A stretch of 64,000 bases of DNA from Candidatus Marinacidobacterales bacterium (GCA_965226495.1 OZ245365.1:3776001-3840000), one strand, 5' to 3'; counted from the stretch's first letter, positions 19,620 to 29,896 are shown. Notes: generated by a model from the sequence alone, not told the origin. Program-made: numbers and translations.

Positions 19620-19810
19620 TTGTACCGCGAGGGGCGGAGAGCGTTTGTTGACTACATCGTTGAAAAACCCCCCTTTTTCTCTTTCTTGTTGGCAAAACTA
19701 ACTTTCTTCTTGGGGTACGACACCTTATGGACCTATAGAACACCCTTTATCATGACCGGAATAGCCGTCAGCGTAGCCACGTATGTGCTGTCACGCCATT
19801 CTCGCCGGCC
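19620..19810 (+). pseudogene. Possible fragment of a GT-C/ArnT-like membrane glycosyltransferase
   Basis: VDYIVEKPP followed by hydrophobic segments; AT-richer than the flanks; ends at the integrase remnant. Confidence 0.3.
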
Positions 19811-19859
19811 GAGAGGGTTGTGCATCGTCAAAACTGGTCCACCCATGAAATCAAGGACT

Positions 19860-20290
19860 TACGCTTCGCTTGCGTTCCGGTCCGAAGAAGGCGAAACTCC
19901 GCCGCGATGCTCCGCGTACTCATCTTTCAGCAAGTGACCGCGCTCAAGAAGGAGCGCCCGCACCCACTACTCGAGGACGTGGATCGAGCTTTCTGGGTTG
20001 CGCTCCGCGATACTGGGCGAGGATCTCCCGGCGAGGCCATCCAGGTCGGCCTCGGATTGATGCCGAGATCCGTCCGCTGATCCGCACGACGGCTCAGGAC
20101 GGCTGGGGCGCGCCGCGTATCCACGCGGAGCTCACGAAGCTCGGTTTCGTCATCTCTGAGATCAAGGTGTCGCGATACCTGCCACGGCTTCCCGCCGAGC
20201 ACGGCCGTCGTCACATCTTGCACTTCAACGCGACGTTCCACCCGGCCGCGGCGTGGATCATTCAGCAGCTACGTCAGGCGTGTCCCTACG
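19860..20290 (+). pseudogene. Decayed integrase-core (rve) IS transposase remnant
   Basis: Fragments in two frames: QQVTALKK..P.L..DRAFWVAL, then PGRPRIDAEIRPLI...WGAPRIHAELTKLGF.ISE..VSRYL and RRHILHFNATFHP.AAWIIQQLR; internal deletions. Confidence 0.7.
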
Positions 20291-20894
20291 TTACGTTTCC
20301 GGCTGCGTCCGGAGCCCCCCGATTCTTGACATCCCCGGCTACTGAATCCGCGACCCGCGTCATCCCGTCGCCGTCTCGGAGACGTCGACCTCACTTTAGT
20401 CGTCGCAATTGCTCTCACTGCGGCCGACCTGAGACAAACTATTTCTCGGAAGCGATCTAGATCATCCACCGACTCCTCGCCCGGTGCCATTCATGCCCAA
20501 AATCAGCACGTCATGAACCAAAGCCAACACGTCGTGGCCAAATTCGGCTTCTCATGGCAGAAAAACCCTTCTGACCGAAAACGTCCGCATTCTCCTTCAC
20601 CCTGCGGACTCCCTACTCCTCCACATCGATCCTTCCGACGGGTACTGTCAAGTTGACGTTGCGCGAGCAAGCCGGGCGCCGCCGGAGTGACGTCTCCGTT
20701 CGAGTCACGCGGCGCACGTGACGGCGTCCCAAGTCGCGTCAGCGGCGCACCGAACGGCAAGACGAGCGCCAGCACCCGCATCCTTAAAAGCAGAGCACGC
20801 CTTGGTTCTAAAGGACGAAAAAAAATGGGTTCACCTTCCTCGAAAGGTAGAAATCGGGTAAGGCTTTGCGACCCAAAACTCGTCTTGACCAGCT

Positions 20895-22441
20895 ATGGAG
20901 CTGGTTGCCACATCACAGCCCAACCCAGCTCTCGCCCTCTACAGGCCTCGACAGCCTCAAAACTCCACTCTGTATCAGCTTCTCGAGGCCTACTACGAAG
21001 ATGTCAAGGCCTGTGGGAGGAGCGATTCGAAAAAAAATACGGCTTCTGGCGCGGCTTCGTCGAAGCTGTGGTGGCTCGTTACCTAGACTGCGGCGTTGCG
21101 GAAGCCGGCTTCGCCCGGCTCAAGTGCGATGACTGCGGAAGCGAGCGCTTGCTCACGCTCAGCTGCAAACAGAGAGGGCTCTGCCCGTCCTGCGACGCCA
21201 AACGCGCCGCTGCCTTTGCTGCTTTTCTCAAAGACGAACTGCTTTCAAACGTTGGCCATAGTCTGTGGACATTTACACTTCCCAAGATGCTCAGACCCTA
21301 TTTCATGCGCCAGCGAGAGCTTCTGGGGGATCTGGCTCGCCTTGCTTATGAGACCATCAAGGAGTTGATGGCCGAAGCCGTCGGCGATCCCCACGCCCGT
21401 CCCGGAGTCGTTGTGGTCCCACAGACGTTGGGGAGTGTTGTGAACCAACATCCCCATGCCCACTGCCTCGCCTCTCGTGGAGTTTGGGATGCCCAAGGAC
21501 AATGGACCCCTGTCCCTTACATCGATACCATCGCTGCGGAGAAGTTGTTTCGCCACAAGATCATTCGCTTGCTGAAGAGCAAAGACCTTTTGAGTGACGA
21601 ACGCATAGAGCTACTCGATTCGTTCCGACATAGCGGCTTTTCGGTCGATGCATCGGTCACCGTTTGGCCTCAGGACACCGAAGGACTCGAACGCCTCTGC
21701 CGGTACCTACTTCGTTGCCCCCTCAGCCTGTCTCGCATTCACTGGACACCGGGCGCAAAAACGCTTTTCTACGAAGCGAAAGGCTCACATGACGACCCCC
21801 TCGCTTCTCATCCGCGAGGCGAGACCGTCGATGTCTTCGAGTTCTTGGCCCGAGTCCTCACGCAAATCCCCAAGCCTCGGCAACACGGCGTGCACTACAT
21901 GGGCGCCTACTCCTCGAGAGCGCGCGCCTTTCGAAAAAGGAAAAACCGCCCTCTGCAGTCGCTCACCAGCCAACAAAACCCCAAAGCCAACTCTGAGCCG
22001 AACCTGTCCTCCAAAAAGCGTGCCGCGCTCAGAAAAAGATGGGCACAGCTCATCAAGCTCATCAGGCGCGTTCATCAGACCGATCCTCTTCAGTGCGACT
22101 GCGGAGGCACCTATCGCGTCATCGCCTTCATCACCGAGCAAAAGGTGATTCGGAAAATCTTGGCTCATCTCGAAAAAAGAAAAAGAAAAAGCGACTCCCG
22201 CCCGCCACCCGAGCCCTAGTCACTGGCTTCACACCACGCCACTTGTCCGTTACCCCGACACCAGACGGCCGGAGTGTTTCTTCAACACCCAACTCCCCCG
22301 GCGGGAGACACTTCTCAACCGCCTTGCCCCGTTTGCTCGAGTTCTGCTACCCTCACCAGGACTCACTCGGACTGCACAGCCCCATTCTGGTGGGGAAAAT
22401 TCGCGGGCCGGCGCTCGGGAGCGTATGAATTTTCCTATCCT
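20895..22441 (+). mobile_element. IS91-family/ISCR-like rolling-circle element; transposase frameshifted near its N-terminus
   Basis: Zn-binding domain (YLDCG...C-x2-C...SCKQRGLCPSC), FTLP, HUH motif HPHAH, SGFSV, RYLLR and terminal C-x-CGG...IAFIT...IRKIL.HL (stop 22219). The N-terminal YRPRQPQNSTLYQLL lies in another frame from ATG 20895. The left end (terIS) was not identified. Confidence 0.85.
22421..22441 (+). other. Candidate oriIS of the ISCR-like element
   Basis: GCGTATGAATTTTCCTATCCT about 200 bp after the transposase stop resembles the GCGTTTGAAC/TTTCCTATAC-type ends of ISCR elements (from recall). Confidence 0.65.
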
Positions 22442-22478
22442 TCTGCGTGGTACTCTAACCGACGTCGAGAGGTTGACG

Positions 22479-23849
22479 ATGCGTGATACGAATCATCGAG
22501 CGGCCCCATTGTTGCTGATTTCGGCTGCACTCTATCTTTTCGTTCTCCACGCCTCCGCCGGCGAAGCCAACGACTGGCCTTCGTTTCGCGGGGTGCGAGC
22601 CGCGGGCGTTGCGGACGGCACGAATCCTCCGGTCGAGTGGGATGTCGAGCAAGGCAGTCACATCGCCTGGAAAACGCCGGTTTCCGGAATGGCGCATTCG
22701 AGCCCGATCATTCGGGGCGAGCGCGTCTACTTGACCACGGCAATCTCGGCTCGAGCCGACACCGCGTTTCAGTTTCCGTTCGACGGGGAAATGGATCGGC
22801 GTACCGACCTCTCCGAGCATCAATTCCGTCTTCTCGCCCTCGATTTGAAGACCGGTTCCGTGGTCTGGGACGAGCTCGCGCTCGAAGCCGAGCCGCGGAT
22901 CGCGCGTCATCCACATTCGAGCTACGCGGCCCCGACCCCCGCCACCGACGGCGAATACCTCGTCGCCTTCTTCGGCTCCGAAGGTCTCTACACGTTCGAT
23001 CTCTCCGGGAAGCTTCTGTGGAAACGAGACCTGGGCCCCCTCGATCAGGGTTCGTTCGACGTGCCCGACTACACCTGGGGTTACGCGTCATCGCCCATCA
23101 TCTACAAGAACCTCGCCATCGTTCAATGCGATCAGCAACAAGGCAGCTTCATCGCGGCGTTCGACCTCGCCACCGGCGAGGAAATCTGGCGCACCGAGCG
23201 TGACGCGCTTCCGTCGTGGTCTACACCCGGAATCTACGAAGGCGAGAGCGGCGCCGAGCTCGTCACCAACGGCACCGAGTACATTCGCGGTTACGACCCG
23301 CTCACTGGCGAAGAGCTGTGGCGGCTCGCGGGCACTTCCATGATCTCGGTGCCGACACCTTTTGTCGCTCACGACCTCATCTACGTCGCCACCGGATACC
23401 ACCGGTACGTGCAACCGATCTACGCGATCCGGCCGGGCTCGCGCGGGGACATCACGTTGGCCGAAGGTGCCGCCTCGAACGACGCGATCGCTTGGAGCCA
23501 GCCAAAGGGCGCGCCGTATTTGACGACGCCGCTCGTTTACGGGGACTATTTCTACACCGTGGCCGGAAACGGGGTGCTGACGTGTTACCACGCACTAACC
23601 GGCGAGCGTGTCTATCAACAGCGCCTCGGAACAGGCGGCTATTTTAGCTCCTCGCCCGTTGCCGCCGACGGACGGGTTTACTTCGCGAACGAAGACGGCC
23701 AGGTGTTCGTGGTCCAAGCCGGTCCCGAGTTCGAGCTACTCGCCACGAACGAGATGGGCGAGGTCACCATGGCCACGCCGGCTCTCGCGCCTGGGTTGAT
23801 TGTCTACCGCACGCTCCATAGCCTCGTCGCGATAGGCACCGCTCCCTAG
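22479..23849 (+). CDS. Secreted PQQ-binding-like (BamB-type) beta-propeller protein
   Basis: Signal peptide, DWPSFRG, WKTPVSG.AHSSPII, TPATDG, YASSPII, repeated TG..W, F.SSPVAADG. Confidence 0.85.
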   Translation: MRDTNHRAAPLLLISAALYLFVLHASAGEANDWPSFRGVRAAGVADGTNPPVEWDVEQGSHIAWKTPVSGMAHSSPIIRGERVYLTTAISARADTAFQFPFDGEMDRRTDLSEHQFRLLALDLKTGSVVWDELALEAEPRIARHPHSSYAAPTPATDGEYLVAFFGSEGLYTFDLSGKLLWKRDLGPLDQGSFDVPDYTWGYASSPIIYKNLAIVQCDQQQGSFIAAFDLATGEEIWRTERDALPSWSTPGIYEGESGAELVTNGTEYIRGYDPLTGEELWRLAGTSMISVPTPFVAHDLIYVATGYHRYVQPIYAIRPGSRGDITLAEGAASNDAIAWSQPKGAPYLTTPLVYGDYFYTVAGNGVLTCYHALTGERVYQQRLGTGGYFSSSPVAADGRVYFANEDGQVFVVQAGPEFELLATNEMGEVTMATPALAPGLIVYRTLHSLVAIGTAP

Positions 23850-23922
23850 ATCACCGCCGGCGTGAGCGGCGGCGGACGATCCAACGATGAAGATAGTTCC
23901 ATTCCGGCGTTCCCACGAGCCG

Positions 23923-24420
23923 CTAGACGAAATGTGATGTCGGACCGCTAACGCTGTCCGGAACGAGTGGAAACGACGGCTTCGGTTCACCGACTCGGTC
24001 GGCGGAACGCCTGTACCGCTCCATCTTGTCTTTGCCGTAGTCCATCTCCGCCATGTAGAGATTGTGCGGGGCGCACAAAAGCCTGACATTGTCGGCACTT
24101 CGATCGCCGCCGAGCCCGTGGGGATCGTGGTGATGGAATTGCAACCCTCGGCGCTCGGGACATCGTCTACCGCCGCTGGTCTCAAACGTACATTGAGCCT
24201 GATCACGCGCCCACACGAAGCGCCTCACCGGAGCGGGAATTCCGCGCCCGCCCGGCGACGTGTCGGCATCTTCGAGGCTCTTTCTTGGATTTTTGACTGT
24301 GCCGAGACGCTTGGCCTCGAGCCGTTCGAGTTTCTCCGTCACGGACGTTTCGAGCATGGAAGCGAGGTCGGCACCCGGCATGAGCGCCGCGAGCCGTTGG
24401 AGCTTGTCGTGAAGCTCCGC
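23923..24420 (-). pseudogene. 5'-truncated HNH endonuclease, paralog of 44068-45108
   Basis: TEKLERLE, IPAPVRR.V..RD..QCTF...RC, QFHH.DP..GGD...N..LC..HN; the N-terminal half is missing at the junction with the LLM copy. Confidence 0.8.
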
Positions 24421-25038
24421 GATGCCCAGAAAAAGGAATGGCGAAACGTGGGGGTCGACCCCAAGGAGCGCACCGGGCGTTTGGAAGAATGGGTACAGAT
24501 CGTGAAGCGGTTGACCCGGGGCGACACAGTGAGCTTTGAGGGCCGGCACTTTCAATTGGATGACGTGTCGGTGCGGCCGCCCTCGCCACAGGACGGCGGT
24601 GTACCGATTCTACTAGCGACGCATTGGGCGACAGGCAACGAAAAGCAGCAGCAGCGAGTGATTCGTTGGGCCGACGGTTACATTGGAATTAGTGACTCGC
24701 CCTCCGACTTCGCCAAACTGAGCGAGCGACTTCACGAGCTGGCCAGCGAGAACGGCCGTGACTTCGACTCCATGGACTCCGTCTTCTATATGACGGTGAA
24801 TCTCAACGACGATGAGCGGCGAGCCGAAGAAGAAGCCGACAGCTTCATTCGCAATTACTACGGCCTCAACTTCTGGAAGGACAAGTGGGGACCTTTCGGC
24901 CATCCCGACAAAGTCGCAAAAACAATCCGGGAGTACGCGGCGGCCGGCGCTAAAACGGTGGTCGTTCGCTTCGCATCTGCAGAACAGGAGCAGCAGCTCG
25001 AAATCTTTCTGGGACGCGTGCTTCCGAGCGTCCGCTGA
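24421..25038 (+). pseudogene. 5'-truncated second copy of the LLM oxidoreductase
   Basis: Collinear with 18850-19464 at a constant offset of 5571 bp; starts at DAQKKEW with no 5' third. Confidence 0.88.
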
Positions 25039-25046
25039 CCGCAAGG

Positions 25047-26720
25047 CTACTGAATATAGCCGAGAGCCTTCAGTTGCTCCAGTATCTCTTCACGCCCCTC
25101 GGTTATCGCCTCCTCGTCACTAGAAAGCGAGGTATCGATGTCGGCATAGCGAGGTGGGTGGGCCTCCAGCCAAGAGGCTTCGAAGATTTGTGGCAACAAC
25201 TTCCCATCCATATCCAGCGGGATGGGGGCGCCGAACATATGAAGAAGGGTAGGCGCAATGTCCAGCACCGAGGCACCGCTAAACGTCGCTCCCTCGCGAA
25301 TGCCCGGACCGGCGGCGACGAATATCCCGTAGGGCGCGTGATGTCCTCCACCTGAAATAGGTTGCTCACCGTGGGCGGACACGACGAGAATCGTGGCATT
25401 ACGTGGCAATCGCTCCAGAAGTTGGCCGAGCCAGTGGTCCATCTGCATGTACGTCTGATCCACGGCTGCCCGAACAGAGGGTGCGCAACCTTCCCGGAGA
25501 GGCGCACCGTGTCGCCAGTGTAGCGTCACGTGGCTGACCACGTCGATACCCCGGAAGTACACGGAGAAAAGGCCTCGCTCCATCGTCGGCAACAGCTGGC
25601 GTGCGATGTTCAAGTAGTACTCGTCCTGCAGCAGGATCTTCGCGACGCCGGTCCTGTCCTGCAAAAGGGACGGATCACAGTCCGACAGGTGGAGCCTCTC
25701 CAGGATCGAGTCAGCCTCTCGCGAATGAGGCGCCAAGGGTGAGAGCTCGGCTGCGAGCTCAGGCGGCCAGGTCAATTCCGACCGACCCTGACGCTTGTAC
25801 TTCATTCCCATTCGCGAGGACACGAGGAAACCATTGACCTCCCGTGCTGGGAAAGTTCCCCAGTGCCCCACGATGCCCACCGGATGCCCGATATCACCGA
25901 GCAGAGTCCAGTAAGGCATCGCCCGCCAATGAGTGCTCTGGATCTCGGTTACTTGCCCGCGAGGCATGTAAAAACCACGGCCGAGAGAAAAGCGCTGGTG
26001 AACGGGATCCAGGAAAAAAACTTCCGCGCCGCGATCGTCGACGACTCTCAGAGAAGCTAGCTCACAGGCCAGCTGGCGCCGATCGGTGGAATCGCTGCGC
26101 TCGGCCGGTCGGCTTTGACGAGAGAAGACGAAGACGAGCTCGTTCCTCACCGGCCGTAGAGATTCTTCCGGGATCGAAACCGAAAAGTCTTCCCATTTGA
26201 CCGGGACTGAGATGGATTGCAACGGTTTCTCGTTCAAGAACAGTTGAACGAATTGCTCTCCGTTGGGTGCATAAGAGTGAAGCCTTAATTGCAACGTCAG
26301 GGGTCGTCGGCCGGGCAGATCCGGCAGGGTCAGGGTCGCTCGCGGCGGGCTTGCTTCCGAGCCCATCCACACCTTCGAAGTACCACGAACGGGCAAGACG
26401 AAATCACGGACGCCATGTTTCTCCGGAACCTTGCCGGTGGCGATCGAAGTCCAAAGAATAGCTGAATGAAACCCCCGACGAGTGCTCTCATTCATGATGC
26501 GCCGCGCGGGGAGCGACCGTAGCGGGCCGTAGGTCCCGGAACGAATCAGCTTCTCGAAGGCAGGCAACCGGTGGGCCGAACGAAGGTCGTCGATGACACT
26601 TGGAGTCGCGCCGTCGAGGCAGACGAGCAGCACGAAGGGCGATTCATCGTCGGTCCGCCAGCATGCGGCCGCCATCATCACGGCGAGCACTAAAGCGCTC
26701 GCAATCCGAAACCGCGTCAC
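25047..26720 (-). CDS. Alkaline phosphatase superfamily / type I phosphodiesterase-like lipoprotein
   Basis: LDGA, WTSIATG..PEKHGV, ID..SH, VSAHG, DIAPTLL and terminal EQLKALGYI; lipobox-like AAAC. Confidence 0.78.
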   Translation of the reverse strand: MTRFRIASALVLAVMMAAACWRTDDESPFVLLVCLDGATPSVIDDLRSAHRLPAFEKLIRSGTYGPLRSLPARRIMNESTRRGFHSAILWTSIATGKVPEKHGVRDFVLPVRGTSKVWMGSEASPPRATLTLPDLPGRRPLTLQLRLHSYAPNGEQFVQLFLNEKPLQSISVPVKWEDFSVSIPEESLRPVRNELVFVFSRQSRPAERSDSTDRRQLACELASLRVVDDRGAEVFFLDPVHQRFSLGRGFYMPRGQVTEIQSTHWRAMPYWTLLGDIGHPVGIVGHWGTFPAREVNGFLVSSRMGMKYKRQGRSELTWPPELAAELSPLAPHSREADSILERLHLSDCDPSLLQDRTGVAKILLQDEYYLNIARQLLPTMERGLFSVYFRGIDVVSHVTLHWRHGAPLREGCAPSVRAAVDQTYMQMDHWLGQLLERLPRNATILVVSAHGEQPISGGGHHAPYGIFVAAGPGIREGATFSGASVLDIAPTLLHMFGAPIPLDMDGKLLPQIFEASWLEAHPPRYADIDTSLSSDEEAITEGREEILEQLKALGYIQ

Positions 26721-26892
26721 AAGACTAATGACACTAACACGTGAAGCCGGCGAATTCGGGCCACAGGTATACCGGTCAAACTTCCAGAAGGGTGAGAAGC
26801 GCTCCGAACCCTGCGCTCACTGGGCTACATCCAGTGATGGGCATTTCCCGCCTTCATATATAATGAGGCCTCGTTCGAGGTCTCGGGGTCTT

Positions 26893-27219
26893 ATGGGAAG
26901 CTCATCCGATTCGTTCATCCTTCACGATCTTCGGGTAACGGTTGCGGAGATCCGAGGCCGGTCGGTTTGCGGCCTCAAGGTGGGGGACTATTTCGAAGTT
27001 CGCAACAGCAGTCAGGTGGTGATCCCACCAGATAGGCACTTTTGCATGTTCGCGCTGGCGGCGGTACTTCCCTTATTGCCCGCCAAGCAGCGTGAGCTCC
27101 ATGAGAACGATTGGTTGACCGAGGACAGTCTAGTAGCCTGCCCGGATCCGGAAGAGCAGCTCATCATGAAGATCGAGCGCATCGCACCGGTGACGCTGCG
27201 AAAGAGCGATTTGACTTGA
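26893..27219 (+). CDS. TIGR04076-like small Cys-containing protein
   Basis: DLRVTV....C..KVGDYF, FC..AL..LPLLPAKQR, DW, ACPDP pattern. Confidence 0.7.
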   Translation: MGSSSDSFILHDLRVTVAEIRGRSVCGLKVGDYFEVRNSSQVVIPPDRHFCMFALAAVLPLLPAKQRELHENDWLTEDSLVACPDPEEQLIMKIERIAPVTLRKSDLT

Positions 27220-27225
27220 ATTAGT

Positions 27226-27433
27226 GCGCGTGGGGCCCCACCCCCACGCGCTGGCCCTCGCTCTTTCATCAATGGCGTTCGGGCCCCACCCCCAACGCCA
27301 GATGCTCCGTCGACTTCGCGACTCCGCATCGGCTCAAGGCTGCGCTCGGGCCTAAAACCACGGCCGGGTTCCCTTGGCTTCCGCAATCCGTGAGCCAATT
27401 CCTCCCGGCCGGCGGGCCATCCGGCCCGTTTGT
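27226..27433. repeat. Structured dispersed repeat, copy A (27268-27433), plus an extra core hairpin (27226-27251)
   Basis: GGGCCCCACCCCC-core hairpin occurs twice; aligns with the reverse complement of 34047-34208 and with 60899-60980. Confidence 0.88.
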
Positions 27434-28435
27434 TTAACTTTTAAAAGCCGGGAGCACTTCGTCCCCAAGCAAGCGAACCGCTTCCGCCTCGTTCTCACCG
27501 TGCGGAGTTCCAAACTCGAAGACGTCGACGCCGGCGTCGAAGAGCTCCTCCATGCGCCGAACGATGTCTGCTGGTGTCCCGAAACAGCTGAAGCGTCGAA
27601 GGGTATCGTCCGAAATGGCCCGAGCCGCTCCTTCGAAGTCTCCACTCAACATCCCTCGCTCTACGGCCTCGATCTCTTCCGGAGACGGCGAATAGGTCGG
27701 ATCCAGTCTTCCGATCGCGGAAACGTAAGTCGCGACTCGGTGTCGTGCGATGGTTTCGGCACGTTTGCGGTCTCGATCCACGACGGTCACCGCACCGAAA
27801 ATCATGCGAACCTCCGAAGGGTCACGCCCCGCCGGCTTCGTTCCGGCATCGATATAGCCGCGAAACGTCTTCGCCGCCTCGGGATTCACCGACCCGCCTA
27901 TCTTGACCATGTCTGCGATCTTACCGGCCAGCGCGGAGGTCTTTTCCCCCCACGTGCCGAGCAGAACGGGAACGCGACGACCGGGGATCGGAAAACGTAG
28001 GTAAGCCTCGGGCCCCAGACGAAAGACGGAACCTTCATAGGGCTGGTGCTCGTGTTCGCCAGCCAACAAGGTCTGCACCGCCTCGACCATCTCGCGAATC
28101 GCGGTCAAGGGGCGAGGCTGGGGAACTCCGATATGCTCGAAAAAGGCCCCCTTCCCTACCCCCAGATAGGCTCGGCCGCCGCTAGCTTCATCCAGCAGAG
28201 CCAAGTTGGCTGCAATCTGAACCGGGTGGTTGAGATACGGGTTCACCACTCCCGGCCCTAGAAGCGAGTGTCGAGTGCTCTGAGCGAGCTGGAACAGGGC
28301 GCCCCAGGGTGGCTGATACAGGAGATCGTCGTAGACGGAAATCGTCTCGAATCGATAGGACTCGACCAGTTTGCCGAGCTCAGCGTAATCGGCGAGCCTC
28401 TTATCAGCGAGAAACGAAATCCCCAGCCGTCCCAT
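27434..28435 (-). CDS. LLM-class oxidoreductase, Mer-like (F420-dependent reductase family)
   Basis: LGPGVVNPY..HP...A, LDEASGGRAYLGVGKG, FGTP and C-terminal FGTPHG resemble the Mer subfamily. Confidence 0.8.
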   Translation of the reverse strand: MGRLGISFLADKRLADYAELGKLVESYRFETISVYDDLLYQPPWGALFQLAQSTRHSLLGPGVVNPYLNHPVQIAANLALLDEASGGRAYLGVGKGAFFEHIGVPQPRPLTAIREMVEAVQTLLAGEHEHQPYEGSVFRLGPEAYLRFPIPGRRVPVLLGTWGEKTSALAGKIADMVKIGGSVNPEAAKTFRGYIDAGTKPAGRDPSEVRMIFGAVTVVDRDRKRAETIARHRVATYVSAIGRLDPTYSPSPEEIEAVERGMLSGDFEGAARAISDDTLRRFSCFGTPADIVRRMEELFDAGVDVFEFGTPHGENEAEAVRLLGDEVLPAFKS

Positions 28436-28480
28436 CTATTTCCAACTCCGAGTGTCCGTGCAATGCATTGGTTAAGACCG

Positions 28481-28501
28481 TTCAAGCCAAGTTGGCTTGA
28501 A
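28481..28501. promoter_or_regulatory. Perfect 10-1-10 palindrome upstream of the Mer-like gene (candidate operator)
   Basis: TTCAAGCCAA-G-TTGGCTTGAA; a second palindrome CAATGCATTG lies at 28461-28470. Confidence 0.45.
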
Positions 28502-28607
28502 GACCAGGAGGTAACTGAGCTCCATGAGTTCGTTTATCGGTGTCCCTGGTGTCTGGCGTCGTCCACAGCAGCAGCCACGTCAAATGACGCCCGATCACCC
28601 AATTTAT

Positions 28608-29669
28608 CTATTGAGGAAATGCCGAGGGCGGTGTGTCTTGGTAGCCTTCGCCTTCGAGTGCCTCCATGAATGCCACTAAGGCGTCGACCTCTTCATCTTT
28701 CAAATCGAGTGGCTCAATTTTCGGATCCAGGTGAGGGTTCGGGTGACCGCCCTCATTGTAAAGCTCGACGACCTCTCGAAGTGTGGCCACCGATCCGTCG
28801 TGCATGTAGGGAGCGTGTTTCGTCACCTCCCGCACGCTCGGTGTCTTGAAGGCACCCAAGTCTTTATCCTCTTTCGTCACCACGTAGCGGCCTTCGTCGA
28901 AGAACGACTTGGTTTCGGGGTTCCAACCGACACCAAGGTTGTGGAACGTGCTGTCGGTGAGGTTCTGTCCCAGATGACACTGGTTGCAGCTGGCCTTACC
29001 GAAAAAGAGATGGTCGCCCAGCTTGACTTGGTCCGACACGGCGTCTTTCTCGCGCCCAACCTTCCAGCGATCCCAGGGAGAATTCCCGCTCAGGCGCGTC
29101 CTCTCGTAGTCGGCGATCGCCTTGGCGACACGCTCTGCGGTGACCTCAGAGCTGCCAAAAGCTTCCTCTAAGTACTTGCCATAGCCTTCGATCCCCGAGA
29201 GGGTGCTCAACATCCCATCGATCGTATGACCCATCTCTATCGGATTCTCGACCGGCCCCAGAGCCTGCTCTTCGAGAGAGCCGGCTCGACCGTCCCAGAA
29301 GAAGTTTGGGTAGAGCGTCCAGGCCAGGTTGAACGCGGGTGGTGCCTTGCGTCCGCCCTTCTGCCCGCCGATACCGGTCGATACAGGCGTGGGTTCGGAA
29401 AAAGCGTTCTCCGGTCGGTGGCACGTGGCACAGGAAATCGTATTGTCTTTGGACAGACGGGTGTCAAAGAAAAGCCATCGACCCAGACGAACACGCTCCG
29501 GGGTCGGCGGCTCTTCGAGATCCGCGAAGCTCGCGTCGATTCCCAACGGTGGCTCTGGAAGCGGCACCACCGGATTGGCAGCTTCCCACTCCGGCGTACG
29601 CTCCGCGCATCCGGCAACGAGACCGGAAGCTAGAATCAGAACTGCTGTACAACGCATCCTCTGAATCAT
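28608..29669 (-). CDS. Di-heme cytochrome c peroxidase (CCP/MauG family) lipoprotein
   Basis: LG..LFFDTRLS, CATCH, FWDGRA.SLEEQA, CNQCH, FKTP.VR, PYMHDG; lipobox VAGC. Confidence 0.9.
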   Translation of the reverse strand: MIQRMRCTAVLILASGLVAGCAERTPEWEAANPVVPLPEPPLGIDASFADLEEPPTPERVRLGRWLFFDTRLSKDNTISCATCHRPENAFSEPTPVSTGIGGQKGGRKAPPAFNLAWTLYPNFFWDGRAGSLEEQALGPVENPIEMGHTIDGMLSTLSGIEGYGKYLEEAFGSSEVTAERVAKAIADYERTRLSGNSPWDRWKVGREKDAVSDQVKLGDHLFFGKASCNQCHLGQNLTDSTFHNLGVGWNPETKSFFDEGRYVVTKEDKDLGAFKTPSVREVTKHAPYMHDGSVATLREVVELYNEGGHPNPHLDPKIEPLDLKDEEVDALVAFMEALEGEGYQDTPPSAFPQ

Positions 29670-29896
29670 CAGAAGCTCCAATAACAGTGCCGGCCACTAT
29701 GAGATCCTTACCGGCCCCGCTTGGCGAAGCCGAGACCGTAGCACGGGCGTAGAAAAACTGTCAACAATCCACGCCTCTTCATTCTCCTCCAACACGCGTA
29801 CTTCCCCCAAATCAAATCGCACTCGGACCCACCCACTCGGTCCTGGACTCGCGGGGGGTTTGGTTGTAGAGTTCCCACCTTACTGAGGAGGAAGTC

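Noticed and set aside
24064-25038. 324-aa plus-strand ORF, and the 210-aa minus ORF 23923-24555, as novel fusion genes
   Set aside because: Each N-terminus is just the antisense reading of the other truncated gene across the 24420/24421 junction.
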